DNA of 64,000 nucleotides from Bacteroidota bacterium (GCA_040007355.1 JBDTVE010000251.1:30820-94819); one strand, 5' to 3'; positions 28,795 to 39,736 are shown, counted from the first letter of the stretch. The notes: generated by a model from the sequence alone, not told the origin. Program-made: numbers and translations.

Positions 28795-29901
28795 ATGAGC
28801 AACGATCTCCTATACCAGGTTGCCCTCACGCTTGTGCCCCATATCGGCCCCGTGCAGGCAAGAATACTGGTTAATCATTTTGGCGATGCAGCCGCCATTT
28901 TCAAAGCAAAAAAAGCCAGCCTCGATAAACTGGAAGGCGTGGGGGAAATCAGGGCTTCCTCCATAAAAACATTTGCCGGTTTTAAAAAAGCGGAAGAAGA
29001 ACTGGCTTTTGTAAGCCAGTATAAAATCACACCCCTGTTCCTGACAGATGTTGCCTACCCGCAACGATTGTTAAATTGTTATGACCCGCCCACGCTGCTC
29101 TATTACCGCGGCAACGCAAACCTGAATGCTTCCCGGATCATTGCCATTGTTGGCACCCGCAGCAAAACAGACTATGGCAAATACCTTACGGAAAAACTGC
29201 TGGCCGACTTGCAGGACCAGCACATAATAGTAGTAAGCGGACTGGCGCTGGGCATTGATGCCATTGCGCACCGCGCAGCCATCAAACACGCCCTGCCAAC
29301 CATTGCAGTGGTAGCACACGGGCTCGACAAGATCTATCCGGTGGAAAACGCCGGGCTGGCAAAAGATATCATCCGGGAAGATGGCGGTCTGCTAACCGAA
29401 TTTGGCAGTAAAACCAAACCCGATAAACACCATTTCCCTTCCAGGAACCGGATAGTGGCAGGCATGAGTGATGCTACCATTGTAATTGAAACAGCCGTCA
29501 AAGGCGGCAGCATGATAACCGCTGAACTGGCCAACGATTATAACAAAGATGTTTTTGCATTTCCAGGCCGTACTACAGACGGAAAAAGTGCCGGTTGCAA
29601 CCATTTGATAAGGAACAATAAGGCCATGTTGCTTACAGGTGCGCAAGATTTGACCGCACTACTGGGATGGCAGGAAAAACCGCGCCTACAGGAAAAACGC
29701 CAGCGGGAATTATTTATACAACTGACCAGCGAAGAAAAAATTATTACTGGTCTGCTGGAAGAAAAAGGGACCCTGGCCATAGATGAACTAAATCTAAAAA
29801 GCAACCTGAGCAGCAGCCGGGTTGCTGCCGCCCTGTTAAACCTTGAACTGCAAAACATCATTGCTTCGTTGCCCGGCAAACGATATCAATTACTGTCTTG
29901 A
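28795..29901 (+). CDS. dprA: DNA-processing protein DprA
   Basis: LLYQVALTLVPHIGPVQARILVNHFG, VVSGLALGIDAIAHRAA and GGSMITAELA are DprA/Smf Rossmann domain signatures. Confidence 0.88.
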   Translation: MSNDLLYQVALTLVPHIGPVQARILVNHFGDAAAIFKAKKASLDKLEGVGEIRASSIKTFAGFKKAEEELAFVSQYKITPLFLTDVAYPQRLLNCYDPPTLLYYRGNANLNASRIIAIVGTRSKTDYGKYLTEKLLADLQDQHIIVVSGLALGIDAIAHRAAIKHALPTIAVVAHGLDKIYPVENAGLAKDIIREDGGLLTEFGSKTKPDKHHFPSRNRIVAGMSDATIVIETAVKGGSMITAELANDYNKDVFAFPGRTTDGKSAGCNHLIRNNKAMLLTGAQDLTALLGWQEKPRLQEKRQRELFIQLTSEEKIITGLLEEKGTLAIDELNLKSNLSSSRVAAALLNLELQNIIASLPGKRYQLLS

Positions 29902-30009
29902 AGCGCAGGATTGCACTCGTTTTGTATTGATGCGCAGCCGGTTTTGAGATGCCTTGCATAGCATTAAAAAAGTTTTGGAGCGAATTTATCCGCTACCCTA
30001 TCTTTGCCC

Positions 30010-31512
30010 ATGGCAACAATAAATAATCGCGCACGCAAGTCAGATCTCAGTAAAAAATTTTTTGGTGAAGGCTTAACATTCGATGATGTACTCCTGTTAC
30101 CCGCTTACTCACAGGTATTGCCCCGGGAAGTAAACATCAAAACAAAACTTACAAAAGACATTTCCCTTAATATCCCCATGCTTTCTTCCGCCATGGATAC
30201 CGTAACGGAAGCAAGCCTGGCCATTGCCCTTGCCCGCGAGGGCGGCATCGGCATACTGCACAAAAATATGACCATTGAACAGCAGGCTGAACAGGTACGC
30301 AGGGTAAAACGCAGCGAAAGCGGTATGATCATCGACCCGCTTACCCTTCCTATTGAAGCCACCATTGGCGATGCCCTGCGATTAATGAAAGAAAATAAAA
30401 TTGGCGGCATTCCCATTGTAGACGCCACCCATAAACTGGTAGGCATTCTTACCAACCGCGATCTGCGTTTTGAAAAAGACAAAAAAAGAAAAGTGCATGA
30501 GGTCATGACAAAAGAAAACCTGATTGTTGCCCCCGAAGGAACGGACCTGAAAAAAGCGGAAAAGATCTTACGCTCATACAAAATAGAAAAACTGCCCGTT
30601 GTTAAAAAAGACAATACGCTGGTGGGCCTGATTACCTACCGCGACATCCTGCAACTAAGCAGTTTCCCCAATGCCGTTAAAGACTCATTTGGCCGCCTGC
30701 TGGTAGGCGCCGCCCTGGGTATTACCACCGATATGCTGAACCGGGCATCGGCCCTACAACAGATAGGCGTAGACGTAGTTTGTCTTGATAGCGCGCACGG
30801 CCATAGCAAGGGCGTGATAGATGCCCTGAAAAACGTAAAAAAGAATTTCAAAAACCTGCAGGTTATTGCCGGCAACGTGGGTACCGCAGCGGGCGCCAAA
30901 GCCCTGGCCGAGGCGGGTGCCGATGCAGTGAAAATCGGCATCGGGCCTGGTTCTATCTGCACCACCCGTATAGTTGCCGGTGCGGGCGTGCCCCAGATAA
31001 CGGCCATCATGGAAGCTTATATGGCGCTAAAACAAAAAGGTATCCCCCTGATTGCAGATGGAGGCATACGTTATACAGGCGATATGGTAAAAGCACTGGC
31101 CGCCGGCGCGGATGCTGTAATGATGGGTAGCGTTTTTGCCGGTGTGGAAGAAAGCCCGGGGGAAACGATTATTTATGAAGGCCGGAAATTTAAGGAATAC
31201 CGCGGCATGGGTTCCATTGGTGCCATGGCACAGGGCAGCAGCGACCGTTATTTCCAGGACGTGGAAGATGATATCAAAAAACTGGTACCGGAAGGTATTG
31301 AAGGCCGGGTAGCCTATAAAGGAAACCTGACAGAAGTGGTGCAACAATATACAGGTGGTTTGCGTGCAGGCATGGGCTATTGCGGAGCGGCCAACCTGGC
31401 GGAATTAAAAAACGATGCCCGGTTTATTCAAATTACCAATGCCGGCATGAAAGAAAGCCATGCCCATGATATAGAAATCACAAAAGAGGCGCCCAACTAC
31501 AGCCGGAAATAA
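30010..31512 (+). CDS. guaB: IMP dehydrogenase
   Basis: [10 protein letters not shown], a CBS pair, and the catalytic loop [11 protein letters not shown], plus GGIRYTGD. The ATG at 30010 lies 2 codons inside the TTG-started track ORF. Confidence 0.93.
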   Translation: MATINNRARKSDLSKKFFGEGLTFDDVLLLPAYSQVLPREVNIKTKLTKDISLNIPMLSSAMDTVTEASLAIALAREGGIGILHKNMTIEQQAEQVRRVKRSESGMIIDPLTLPIEATIGDALRLMKENKIGGIPIVDATHKLVGILTNRDLRFEKDKKRKVHEVMTKENLIVAPEGTDLKKAEKILRSYKIEKLPVVKKDNTLVGLITYRDILQLSSFPNAVKDSFGRLLVGAALGITTDMLNRASALQQIGVDVVCLDSAHGHSKGVIDALKNVKKNFKNLQVIAGNVGTAAGAKALAEAGADAVKIGIGPGSICTTRIVAGAGVPQITAIMEAYMALKQKGIPLIADGGIRYTGDMVKALAAGADAVMMGSVFAGVEESPGETIIYEGRKFKEYRGMGSIGAMAQGSSDRYFQDVEDDIKKLVPEGIEGRVAYKGNLTEVVQQYTGGLRAGMGYCGAANLAELKNDARFIQITNAGMKESHAHDIEITKEAPNYSRK

Positions 31513-31587
31513 ACGATTCCCGGGCCGGTGACCGGCACGCGCCCAGGGTATCACCAATAATTACGAACTTGCTGCAAAATATCACCC

Positions 31588-32760
31588 GTGAAAAAATTAC
31601 TGGCCCTGTTTCTTGTCTTTCATCTGTGCCTGACCTGTTTTTCGCAGCATGACACCACCCACCTGCGCATCAGCCTGCTTACCTGCGGGCCCGGTGAAGA
31701 CCTCTACTCCATCTGGGGACATACCGGCATACGGGTAGTAGATACCGCGCAGCAGGTTGACACGGTCTTCAATTACGGCACTTTCGATGACAGCGACCCA
31801 TTGTTTTATATAAAATTTACAAGGGGAATTATGCTGTATTCCGTAACGCCGGAAACCTTTGGCGATTTTATGATGGAATACAATTATTTTAAACGCAGTG
31901 TCACCGAACAGGTGCTTGACCTGGAGGCTGCAGAAAAAATAAAACTAGTTAATGCCCTATGGAAAAACACGGCGCCGGAGAACAGGTTTTATCCCTATCA
32001 TTTTTATGCCGACAATTGTACCACCCGCGCCCGCGATATCATCATTAATAATATTGACAGCGTACAATTTAGTGATATCCGTCCGCTGCCCGGTGCCAGC
32101 ACGTACCGGCAGCTTATCCATCAGTTTATGAAAAACAGCGACCAGGCCTGGAACCGCTTTGGGATAGACGTGTTGCTGGGCACTCACCTGGATGAAAAAA
32201 TAACCAATAAACAGGCCATGTTCTTACCGGAATACCTGTTGAAAGGTTTTGCCAATGCATCCCGGCACGGCCATGCCCTGGTAAGTCAGACAAACCAGTT
32301 GCTCCCCGATGAACAGCCTCAGAACATCCATTTTTTTACGCCGGTGTTTTTGTTTTCAGTGCTCTTGCTTATCATGTTCTCCCTGGCGATTTCAAAAAAC
32401 AACACTGTAAATAAAATAGCAACCGCCCTGGATGGTTTGTTTTTTTTACTGGTGGGTCTGCTTGGCATGCTGATGCTGACCCTCTGGCTGGCAAGAGTTG
32501 ATAGCGTTTGTCGCAACAATTATAACCTGCTATGGGCACTCCCCACCCATGCCGTAATGGCGTTTGTTCTTACCTGTGAAAAAAAATGGGTTAAATACTA
32601 CTGGCTTTTTACCATTATCTTAAATATTTTATTGCTGGTTAGCTGGAGATGGTTGCCGCAGGAAATGAACAACAGCGTGCTGCTGATCATTGTGATATTA
32701 CTCTTCAGAAGCATTGCACGCTACCGTAATTTTAACAGGAATGACCGAAAAAATCATTGA
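31588..32760 (+). CDS. DUF4105 (Lnb N-terminal periplasmic domain) membrane protein
   Basis: Signal peptide, then ISLLTCGPGEDLYSIWGHTGIRV (DUF4105 signature) and several C-terminal TM helices. GTG start. Confidence 0.75.
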   Translation: MKKLLALFLVFHLCLTCFSQHDTTHLRISLLTCGPGEDLYSIWGHTGIRVVDTAQQVDTVFNYGTFDDSDPLFYIKFTRGIMLYSVTPETFGDFMMEYNYFKRSVTEQVLDLEAAEKIKLVNALWKNTAPENRFYPYHFYADNCTTRARDIIINNIDSVQFSDIRPLPGASTYRQLIHQFMKNSDQAWNRFGIDVLLGTHLDEKITNKQAMFLPEYLLKGFANASRHGHALVSQTNQLLPDEQPQNIHFFTPVFLFSVLLLIMFSLAISKNNTVNKIATALDGLFFLLVGLLGMLMLTLWLARVDSVCRNNYNLLWALPTHAVMAFVLTCEKKWVKYYWLFTIILNILLLVSWRWLPQEMNNSVLLIIVILLFRSIARYRNFNRNDRKNH

Positions 32761-33565
32761 TACCGGTAATAGCAGGCTTTTTTATAAAGTTTCTGGCAAC
32801 GGATGGCCGGTTGTGCTGTTGCACGGTTTTGCAGAAGACAGCGATATCTGGAACTTGCAACAGGCCGAGCTATCGGCACAATACCGGCTTATTATCCCGG
32901 ATCTCCCGGGTAGCGGTCGATCCGACCTGGTGAGCAACATGAGTATTGAAGGGTTGGCAGACAGTATCAAAAAAATACTGGAATGGGAATTGTCAACACC
33001 ACAGGCCGCCGGACCAGCCCAGGGTGTTATTATGATTGGCCATAGCATGGGCGGTTATATTACATTGGCGTTCGCGGAAAAATATCCGGATATATTGCAG
33101 GCCATGGGGCTTTTTCATTCTACTGCTTTTGCAGACAACGAAGAAAAAAAGACCACCCGCCAGCGCGGCATTGCCTTTATACAATCGCATGGCAGTTATG
33201 AATTTGTAAAACAATCAACACCCAACCTTTTTACTGAAGCTTACCGTATAAAAAACCCTGAAAGGGTGTCAGCAATGATAGACCGCTATGGTACATTAAA
33301 CCCGTTGGCCCTGGAAGCCTATTACAGGGCTATGATACAAAGACCCGATCGTACGGCTGTTTTACAATCTATTAACAAACCGGTACTTTTCATCATTGGT
33401 AAATATGATAAGGCAGTTCCGTTTGAAGACAGCCTGAAACAATGCCATATGCCCGACCAGGCAGCTATTGAAATCCTGGGAAATTCGGCCCATATGGGTA
33501 TGTGGGAAGAGCGGGAAAAAAGTACCGCAGCCCTGTTGTCATTTTTAGCGGATACAACCGCTTAA
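32741..33565 (+). CDS. alpha/beta hydrolase
   Basis: VVLLHGF and the nucleophile elbow IGHSMGG. The likely start ATG 32741 overlaps the upstream gene by 20 nt. Confidence 0.8.
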   Translation: MTEKIIDTGNSRLFYKVSGNGWPVVLLHGFAEDSDIWNLQQAELSAQYRLIIPDLPGSGRSDLVSNMSIEGLADSIKKILEWELSTPQAAGPAQGVIMIGHSMGGYITLAFAEKYPDILQAMGLFHSTAFADNEEKKTTRQRGIAFIQSHGSYEFVKQSTPNLFTEAYRIKNPERVSAMIDRYGTLNPLALEAYYRAMIQRPDRTAVLQSINKPVLFIIGKYDKAVPFEDSLKQCHMPDQAAIEILGNSAHMGMWEEREKSTAALLSFLADTTA

Positions 33566-33582
33566 TTGATTGAACTAAGTGA

Positions 33583-36237
33583 ATGAAAAAATTACTGGCA
33601 GCCGGTATTGCGATTCTATTTTTACTGCCCGTGTATGCCATGCATATAAGAGGAGGTGAACTTTCTTATAAATACCTGGGACCAGGTACCGCCCCTAATT
33701 CTACCATGTACTTTGTGCGGTTGAAGCTGTACATAGACTGCAATGCCAATTCCCCTACACAAAACGAAACTAATGCCCCCTTTACCGTTTTTAACAAATC
33801 TACCGGCACACAGATCTACAATGTGAATGTGAGCCTGACAAGTGAGCAACTCATCACCTACGACCCAGGATCTAATCCCTGTATTACCAACCCACCCACT
33901 GATATTTGTTATAAACTAAAATATTTTGAAACCACCATAGAACTACCCGATTCACCAGAGGGGTACACCATCGCCTACCAGCGCTGTTGCCGCATCACCG
34001 GTATTGAAAACATCTCGGGTAACAGCAGTTCCGACGGAACAACGTATTCCTGTGATATCCCAGGCACCAATGTGTTGCCCGTTGGTCACAATTCCAGCCC
34101 CGTTATTTCCGGTAACGATGCGGTGGCCATCTGCGCCGGTTCCGGTTTCACCTATGATTTTTCCGCCACTGACCCCGATGCCGATTCACTGGTCTATACA
34201 TTATGCGCGGCCTATAACGGTGGCGGACTGGGTAGCCAGATTGCGGGCTGTATCAATTGTGCGGCACCCAATCCGGCAGCGCCGCCCCCCTATATTGCAC
34301 TGCCCTATAAATCTCCATACAGTGGTTCCAGCCCCCTGGGCATCAATGCATCCATCAACCCCGCCACCGGTATCATTTCAGGTATTGCGCCTTCTACCAC
34401 GGCCCAATATGTGGTTACCGGTTGTATTTACGAATACCGGAACGGAGTATTAATCAATGTGCACCGAAAGGATATTCATCTAAAAGTTTCCGATTGTAAC
34501 CCCCTAAAAGCACTGCTGAACCCGGATTATGATTACTGTGATGATTACCTGGTCACATTTAAAAACGAACAGTTCAACCCGGCGGGGAGCGTATATATCT
34601 GGCAATATGGCGATGGCACAAAACCAGATACCTCGCTGGATCCGCTTGGATTGATACAACACCAGTTTGCAGACACAGGAACCTATGCCATTAAATTAGA
34701 AGTTATTCTGGCCGGCCAGTGCGTTGATTCCACCAATACCCTTGCCAAAGTATACCCTGGTTTTTATCCCGGTTTTAAGGTTACAGGTTCCTGCCTGTAC
34801 ACCCCGCTACAATTTACTGATACCACCACGGCAAAATATGGTTTTGCTAACGCCTGGCGATGGAATTTCGGAGATGAAACCTCCACAGCAGATACCTCGC
34901 ACCTGCAAAACCCTGTTTGGAAATATGGCACACTGGGCAGTAAAACCGCCGAACTGATTGTTCAAAGCAGTAAAGGTTGTATTGATACCGTGGTTGTATC
35001 ACTCACTGTAAAAGATAAGACACCCATCATCCTTCCCTTTACAGACACCCTGATCTGCAGCAACCTCCCCACACAGGATACACTGATGCTGCAGGCCACC
35101 AGTATCGATCCCGGCCAGTTTTCCTGGACCCCGCTTACCAGAATCGTAAACGAAAATACCGCTACCCCATTGGTGTTCCCAACCAACACTACCATCTACC
35201 AGGTACAGTTCAACGAGGATGGCTGTATCAGTACTGATTCGGTAACAGTGCGGGTAGTAGATCATGTAACCCTGGATGCCGGCCCGGATACCACCATTTG
35301 TTTAACAGACGCCATTGTACTGCATCCTGCCACAAACGCCCTGGCTTATACATGGTCTCCGGCTGTAACACTAAACAATCCCCGGGTAAAAAACCCAATT
35401 GCCATACCCACCGGCACCACGACCTATCACCTGGCAGCCAGCATCGGAAAATGCAGTATCGGAGATGATATTACCATTCGTACCGTACCCTACCCCAAAG
35501 CAGACGCAGGAAAAGACCAGGCGATCTGTTTTGGTGACACGGCCCAATTGAATGCTGCCATTGTAGGGTCTTCCTTTGCCTGGATTCCGGTTATAAGTCT
35601 TTATAATGCCAATACGCTGAGTCCCGTGGCCCATCCTTTTGGCACCACGGTTTATCTACTGACGGTGTATGATATGCTTGGTTGCCCCAAACCCGGGCTG
35701 GATACTATTATTATAACGGTAAGACCACCAATTATTGCCTCGGCGGGTAATGATACGTCGGTAATCACCAATCAACCCCTGGCCCTGCACGCCACCGGCG
35801 CTCCGTTGTACCTGTGGTCACCTCCGGATCACCTGGATCAAACCGGTATCGCAAACCCTGTTGCCATCTTTAACAACAGCGGTATCTATAGCTATACCCT
35901 AAAAGCCTATACCCCAGAAAATTGTTTCGCTATGGATACCATAAAGATAAAAGTGTTTCAAACGACGCCGGATATTTATGTACCCAATGCCTTTACACCC
36001 GGCGCAGGCCAGAATAACCTTTTCAGACCCATACCGGTAGGCATCACCCGGATTGATTATTTCCGGGTATATAACAGGTGGGGTAATATGGTTTTCAGCA
36101 GCAACGACGGCGCTGGCTGGGATGGCAGCATTGCCGGCAAACCACAGGGTTCGGGTACCTATGTATGGCTGGTACGGGGACATGATTTTACCGGTAAGAC
36201 AATTACCAAAAAAGGCACCATGGTGCTAATCCGTTAG
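33583..36237 (+). CDS. large secreted protein with T9SS type-B (gliding motility-associated) C-terminal sorting domain
   Basis: Signal peptide and an N-terminal HIRGGELSY module, with PKD-like modules (WQYGDGT, WRWNFGDET). The C-terminus YVPNAFTPG...NNLFRP....FRVYNRWGNMVF...WDG...G.YVW matches the type-B CTD pattern. Confidence 0.8.
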   Translation: MKKLLAAGIAILFLLPVYAMHIRGGELSYKYLGPGTAPNSTMYFVRLKLYIDCNANSPTQNETNAPFTVFNKSTGTQIYNVNVSLTSEQLITYDPGSNPCITNPPTDICYKLKYFETTIELPDSPEGYTIAYQRCCRITGIENISGNSSSDGTTYSCDIPGTNVLPVGHNSSPVISGNDAVAICAGSGFTYDFSATDPDADSLVYTLCAAYNGGGLGSQIAGCINCAAPNPAAPPPYIALPYKSPYSGSSPLGINASINPATGIISGIAPSTTAQYVVTGCIYEYRNGVLINVHRKDIHLKVSDCNPLKALLNPDYDYCDDYLVTFKNEQFNPAGSVYIWQYGDGTKPDTSLDPLGLIQHQFADTGTYAIKLEVILAGQCVDSTNTLAKVYPGFYPGFKVTGSCLYTPLQFTDTTTAKYGFANAWRWNFGDETSTADTSHLQNPVWKYGTLGSKTAELIVQSSKGCIDTVVVSLTVKDKTPIILPFTDTLICSNLPTQDTLMLQATSIDPGQFSWTPLTRIVNENTATPLVFPTNTTIYQVQFNEDGCISTDSVTVRVVDHVTLDAGPDTTICLTDAIVLHPATNALAYTWSPAVTLNNPRVKNPIAIPTGTTTYHLAASIGKCSIGDDITIRTVPYPKADAGKDQAICFGDTAQLNAAIVGSSFAWIPVISLYNANTLSPVAHPFGTTVYLLTVYDMLGCPKPGLDTIIITVRPPIIASAGNDTSVITNQPLALHATGAPLYLWSPPDHLDQTGIANPVAIFNNSGIYSYTLKAYTPENCFAMDTIKIKVFQTTPDIYVPNAFTPGAGQNNLFRPIPVGITRIDYFRVYNRWGNMVFSSNDGAGWDGSIAGKPQGSGTYVWLVRGHDFTGKTITKKGTMVLIR

Positions 36238-36384
36238 CGAGCTCCTGTTGCCCGGCAGTTCATTCCGACAACTATCCATTGCAGCAACTCCTATTCAACT
36301 GCACGGCATTCGCCGACTAACAAATCACCCGATCAACTTACATTTGCCTGCTATTTGTCATTTTACACAAATTAAATCCGCCGA

Positions 36385-37143
36385 ATGAACAGGATAGTTT
36401 TTATTACCGGCGCCACTTCAGGGTTCGGAAAAGCCACGGCGCAGAAATTTGCCTCCCATAAATACGATATCATTATCACCGGCAGAAGAGAAAACCTGTT
36501 GTATGGGCTGCAAAAAGAATTGGAAAACGATTTTGGGATAGCTGTATTACCACTTGTTTTTGATGTGCGGGAACGGGCCGTTGTTGCAGAAATCATCGGG
36601 AAAATACCCGAAAAATGGAAACAGGTAGATATATTGGTAAACAATGCCGGGCTTGCGCTTGGGCGCGATTATTTTGAGGAAGCCAGCCTGGACGACTGGG
36701 ATACGATGTTAGACACCAATGTAAAGGGGCTTTTATATGTAAGCAGGGCCGTGTTGCCGTTTATGACGGCCAGGAACAAGGGCCATATTATCAACCTGGG
36801 TTCTGTTGCTGCTAAAGACGTATATGAAAGAGGCAATGTGTATTGCGCGTCCAAAGCCGCCGTGGATAGCATCAGCAAGGGAATGCGGACAGACCTGCTG
36901 CGTCATCGCATAAAGGTTACTGCCATCCACCCCGGGGCCGCCGAAACAGAATTTTCCCTGGTCCGTTTTAAAGGCGATGATAATAGCGCAAAAAAAGTAT
37001 ATGATGGATACCAACCCCTATCGGCAGAAGATGTGGCGGACGTCATTTATTACTGTGCCAGCCTGCCGGAACATGTTTGTATTAACGACTTAGTGCTTAC
37101 CTGTACGGCGCAGTCCGACGCTTTTTATACATTTAAGGGTTAA
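36385..37143 (+). CDS. SDR family NAD(P)-dependent oxidoreductase
   Basis: ITGATSGFGKA (TGxxxGxG), NNAG and YCASKAAV (YxxxK). Confidence 0.88.
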   Translation: MNRIVFITGATSGFGKATAQKFASHKYDIIITGRRENLLYGLQKELENDFGIAVLPLVFDVRERAVVAEIIGKIPEKWKQVDILVNNAGLALGRDYFEEASLDDWDTMLDTNVKGLLYVSRAVLPFMTARNKGHIINLGSVAAKDVYERGNVYCASKAAVDSISKGMRTDLLRHRIKVTAIHPGAAETEFSLVRFKGDDNSAKKVYDGYQPLSAEDVADVIYYCASLPEHVCINDLVLTCTAQSDAFYTFKG

Positions 37144-37266
37144 ATACGTAAAAACCGCTTTTGAAGGCTGATTTACAGGAAATTATTGGTATATACTTTG
37201 CATTACCAGCAATGATTTTATATATTGAGGTCTTAAATAATCCGTAATCCTGTCAAAACCTTCATT

Positions 37267-37749
37267 ATGAAAGGCTACCTGATAAAATTCAGTTTACTGC
37301 TGGCAATCATCCTAGGATCGCTTGTTTCCCGCGCGCAAGAAGATATTATACATCTCGAAAACTGCATGAACGAATCATATAAGGTTCAGATAGACAGTCT
37401 CAAACAATTATTTATCGGTCAGGGTTATGAAGTAGTGCGTGAAGCTTCCGTTAAAATGGAAAGCGAATATGAGCTACCCATTGTACTACCCCTAACCCAG
37501 GGCGCTTGGTACCAGTTTATTTTTATTGGCGATCCCAGTTCCAAATTATACGAAGTGCGGATGTACGACTGGAATGAAAGACAGGTGGTATACAAGAAAA
37601 ATCAGTGGGGCGATGTTGACGGGAATATCATCAGCTACCCGTATATAGCCCAGTTCACGGAATACCATCTCATAAAACCCGTGCAGGTAAACAAGCAGAA
37701 AAAGAAAAACCTTTGTGGTTATGTCATGCTCCTTAAAAAAGTAAAATAA
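37267..37749 (+). CDS. hypothetical secreted protein
   Basis: 160-aa ORF with signal peptide LLLAIILGSLVSRAQ. I recognise no family. Confidence 0.55.
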   Translation: MKGYLIKFSLLLAIILGSLVSRAQEDIIHLENCMNESYKVQIDSLKQLFIGQGYEVVREASVKMESEYELPIVLPLTQGAWYQFIFIGDPSSKLYEVRMYDWNERQVVYKKNQWGDVDGNIISYPYIAQFTEYHLIKPVQVNKQKKKNLCGYVMLLKKVK

Positions 37750-37852
37750 GCTCCCCGAAAAAGACGGTGCGCCTGCAACTGTTTACCCCATTTTAAGAAA
37801 TCCTTAAACATATAGACCCCGGGTTTTGCGTTATTGGTTTTACATTCATGTT

Positions 37853-38395
37853 ATGAAACGAAAACTAATAGCAGCCGTTTTATTATTACCTTTTTTATCT
37901 TCATTCTCTGCTAAAAAGAATAGTGCGGAGATACCCTGGACTGCTTCCCGGAAATTAACCTGGTCCGATTTTAGGAGCCGGCCCGATAACAATTCCACCA
38001 ATGCGGCGCTTACCAGTTCAAAAATTGCTTTTAATTATAGCTATGGCGAAGTAACCGGTTTTAGCTTCACCATCAGTTGCGTATTTGACAAAAACAGCTC
38101 CTGGGGCAGACTAAAAACTGTTTATATTCTGGCACATGAGCAGGGTCATTTTGATATTGCGGAGATCTATGCCCGAAAACTGAATAAAACCCTCAGTCAT
38201 TACGTTTTCAATGCCGCGACCACCCCCAAAGAAATACCCGCTATCTATCAGAAACTGATGAAAGAAGAAGGCGAATTCCAGAACCAATATGATGAGGAAA
38301 CCAATTTCAGCCGCAATAAAGATATCCAGGCACGCTGGTTGCAAAAGATCCGGGAAGAACTGGATAGGCTGAAAGAATATGCAGGATATAAGTAG
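37853..38395 (+). CDS. DUF922 domain protein (putative Zn-metallopeptidase-like)
   Basis: Signal peptide MKRKLIAAVLLLPFLSSFSA, then LTWSDF and the HExxH-like motif LAHEQGHFDI typical of DUF922. Confidence 0.7.
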   Translation: MKRKLIAAVLLLPFLSSFSAKKNSAEIPWTASRKLTWSDFRSRPDNNSTNAALTSSKIAFNYSYGEVTGFSFTISCVFDKNSSWGRLKTVYILAHEQGHFDIAEIYARKLNKTLSHYVFNAATTPKEIPAIYQKLMKEEGEFQNQYDEETNFSRNKDIQARWLQKIREELDRLKEYAGYK

Positions 38396-38478
38396 GTCAA
38401 TGGAATAGGAAAAAACGTATAAAAGGTGATGATTTCCTCCAGATCATTTGCGTAACCCTGCCAACTTTTCAAAAAAAA

Positions 38479-39072
38479 TTGGGATACGATCCAAAGATCC
38501 ATCACCGCGGCAGCATCCGCCTCAAAAGATACGATTATTCACAAGCGGGTTTGTATTTTATAACCATTAATATTCGGCATAAAAAATGCCGGTTTGGAAC
38601 AATCAGACAACAGCAAATGATATTAAATGATTTTGGAATGATTGCACACCGGCAATGGGAAATATTACCAGATCGGTTTCCAAATATTGAACTGGGTGTT
38701 TTTCAAATAATGCCCAATCATATGCATGGCATTATATCGATCGTAGGGGCAGGGCTCGCCCCTGCCCAATCCAACATCGCCCCTGCCCAATCCAATAACG
38801 CCACGATTAATGACGCCTCGGGGGCAGGGGCAAGCCCTGCCCCTACGACACGAAATACGGTTGGAAATATTGTGGGGGCGTTTAAATCCCGGGTTGCAAA
38901 TCTTTGCCTTGAAATATTTAAACAAAAATATCCGGGGGAAATAATGGGAAAATTGTGGCAACTGAACTATTATGAACATATCATCCGTGAAGAACATGCT
39001 TTTCTTCAAATCACCAATTACATTACCAACAACCCTTCTAAATGGAATGAGTACCGCTTTTATTCTGCATGA
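38479..39072 (+). CDS. REP-associated/IS200-like HUH tyrosine transposase (RayT-type), solitary
   Basis: YDYSQAGLYFITI, the HUH motif MPNHMHGII and the catalytic-Tyr helix WQLNYYEHIIR. TTG start. No tnpB or IS ends are seen. Confidence 0.75.
   Translation: MGYDPKIHHRGSIRLKRYDYSQAGLYFITINIRHKKCRFGTIRQQQMILNDFGMIAHRQWEILPDRFPNIELGVFQIMPNHMHGIISIVGAGLAPAQSNIAPAQSNNATINDASGAGASPAPTTRNTVGNIVGAFKSRVANLCLEIFKQKYPGEIMGKLWQLNYYEHIIREEHAFLQITNYITNNPSKWNEYRFYSA
38746..38843 (+). repeat. GC-rich hairpin pair flanking a 21-nt tandem duplication inside the RayT-like CDS
   Basis: Hairpin 1 pairs GGGCAGGG (38747-54) with CCCTGCCC (38760-67). Hairpin 2 pairs GGGGCAGGG (38821-29) with CCCTGCCCC (38835-43). 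The tandem units are GCCCCTGCCCAATCCAACATC (38758-78) and GCCCCTGCCCAATCCAATAAC (38779-99). Confidence 0.8.
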
Positions 39073-39094
39073 AAACGATGTTATAAAATCAACC

Positions 39095-39736
39095 TTAGAA
39101 CAATCCGTATAACTGGGCATCTACCTTGCGGATGATTTCGCCCATATGCTCTTCGTTTTCTGCAAATTTGTTTTTATCGATGTCAATGACTAGCAGGGCG
39201 CCTTCTTTGTAGCTTTCGATCCATTTATTGTAATAATCATTGAGCCGTTTCAGGTAATCCAGCCGTATATTTTCTTCATATTCCCTGCCGCGTTTCTGTA
39301 TCTGGCCCACCAGCGTAGGAACGGAAGCCTTTAGGTAAATCAGCATATCGGGTGGCTTTACCATTGATTTAAGGGTCTGGAAAAATTTATAGTAATTGTC
39401 AAAATCACGTTTGCTCATCAAACCCATCTCGTGCAGGTTAGGGGCAAAGATATTGGCGTCTTCAAAGATGGTCCGGTCCTGTATCACCGTTTCGGTGCCG
39501 CGGTGAATATCCAGCAGCTGGGTGAGACGGCTGTTCAAAAAATAAATCTGGAGGTTAAAACTCCAGCGGGGCATATCCTCGTAAAAATCATTCAGATAAG
39601 GATTGTGATCAACATCTTCAAACTGTGGTATCCATTTATAATGTTTGCTCAGCAACTCCGTAAGCGTGGTTTTACCAGCACCGATGTTTCCCGCAACCGC
39701 GATGTGTTTAGGTTTTTTATTTTTTGCCATGGCCAT
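39095..39736 (-). CDS. deoxynucleoside kinase
   Basis: P-loop VAGNIGAGKTT, SFNLQIYFLNSR and QDRTIFED match dNK family signatures. Confidence 0.85.
   Translation of the reverse strand: MAMAKNKKPKHIAVAGNIGAGKTTLTELLSKHYKWIPQFEDVDHNPYLNDFYEDMPRWSFNLQIYFLNSRLTQLLDIHRGTETVIQDRTIFEDANIFAPNLHEMGLMSKRDFDNYYKFFQTLKSMVKPPDMLIYLKASVPTLVGQIQKRGREYEENIRLDYLKRLNDYYNKWIESYKEGALLVIDIDKNKFAENEEHMGEIIRKVDAQLYGLF

Noticed and set aside
30105-31347. Minus-strand ORFs of 169, 124 and 106 aa inside guaB
   Set aside because: They are antisense to a textbook IMP dehydrogenase and are shadow ORFs.
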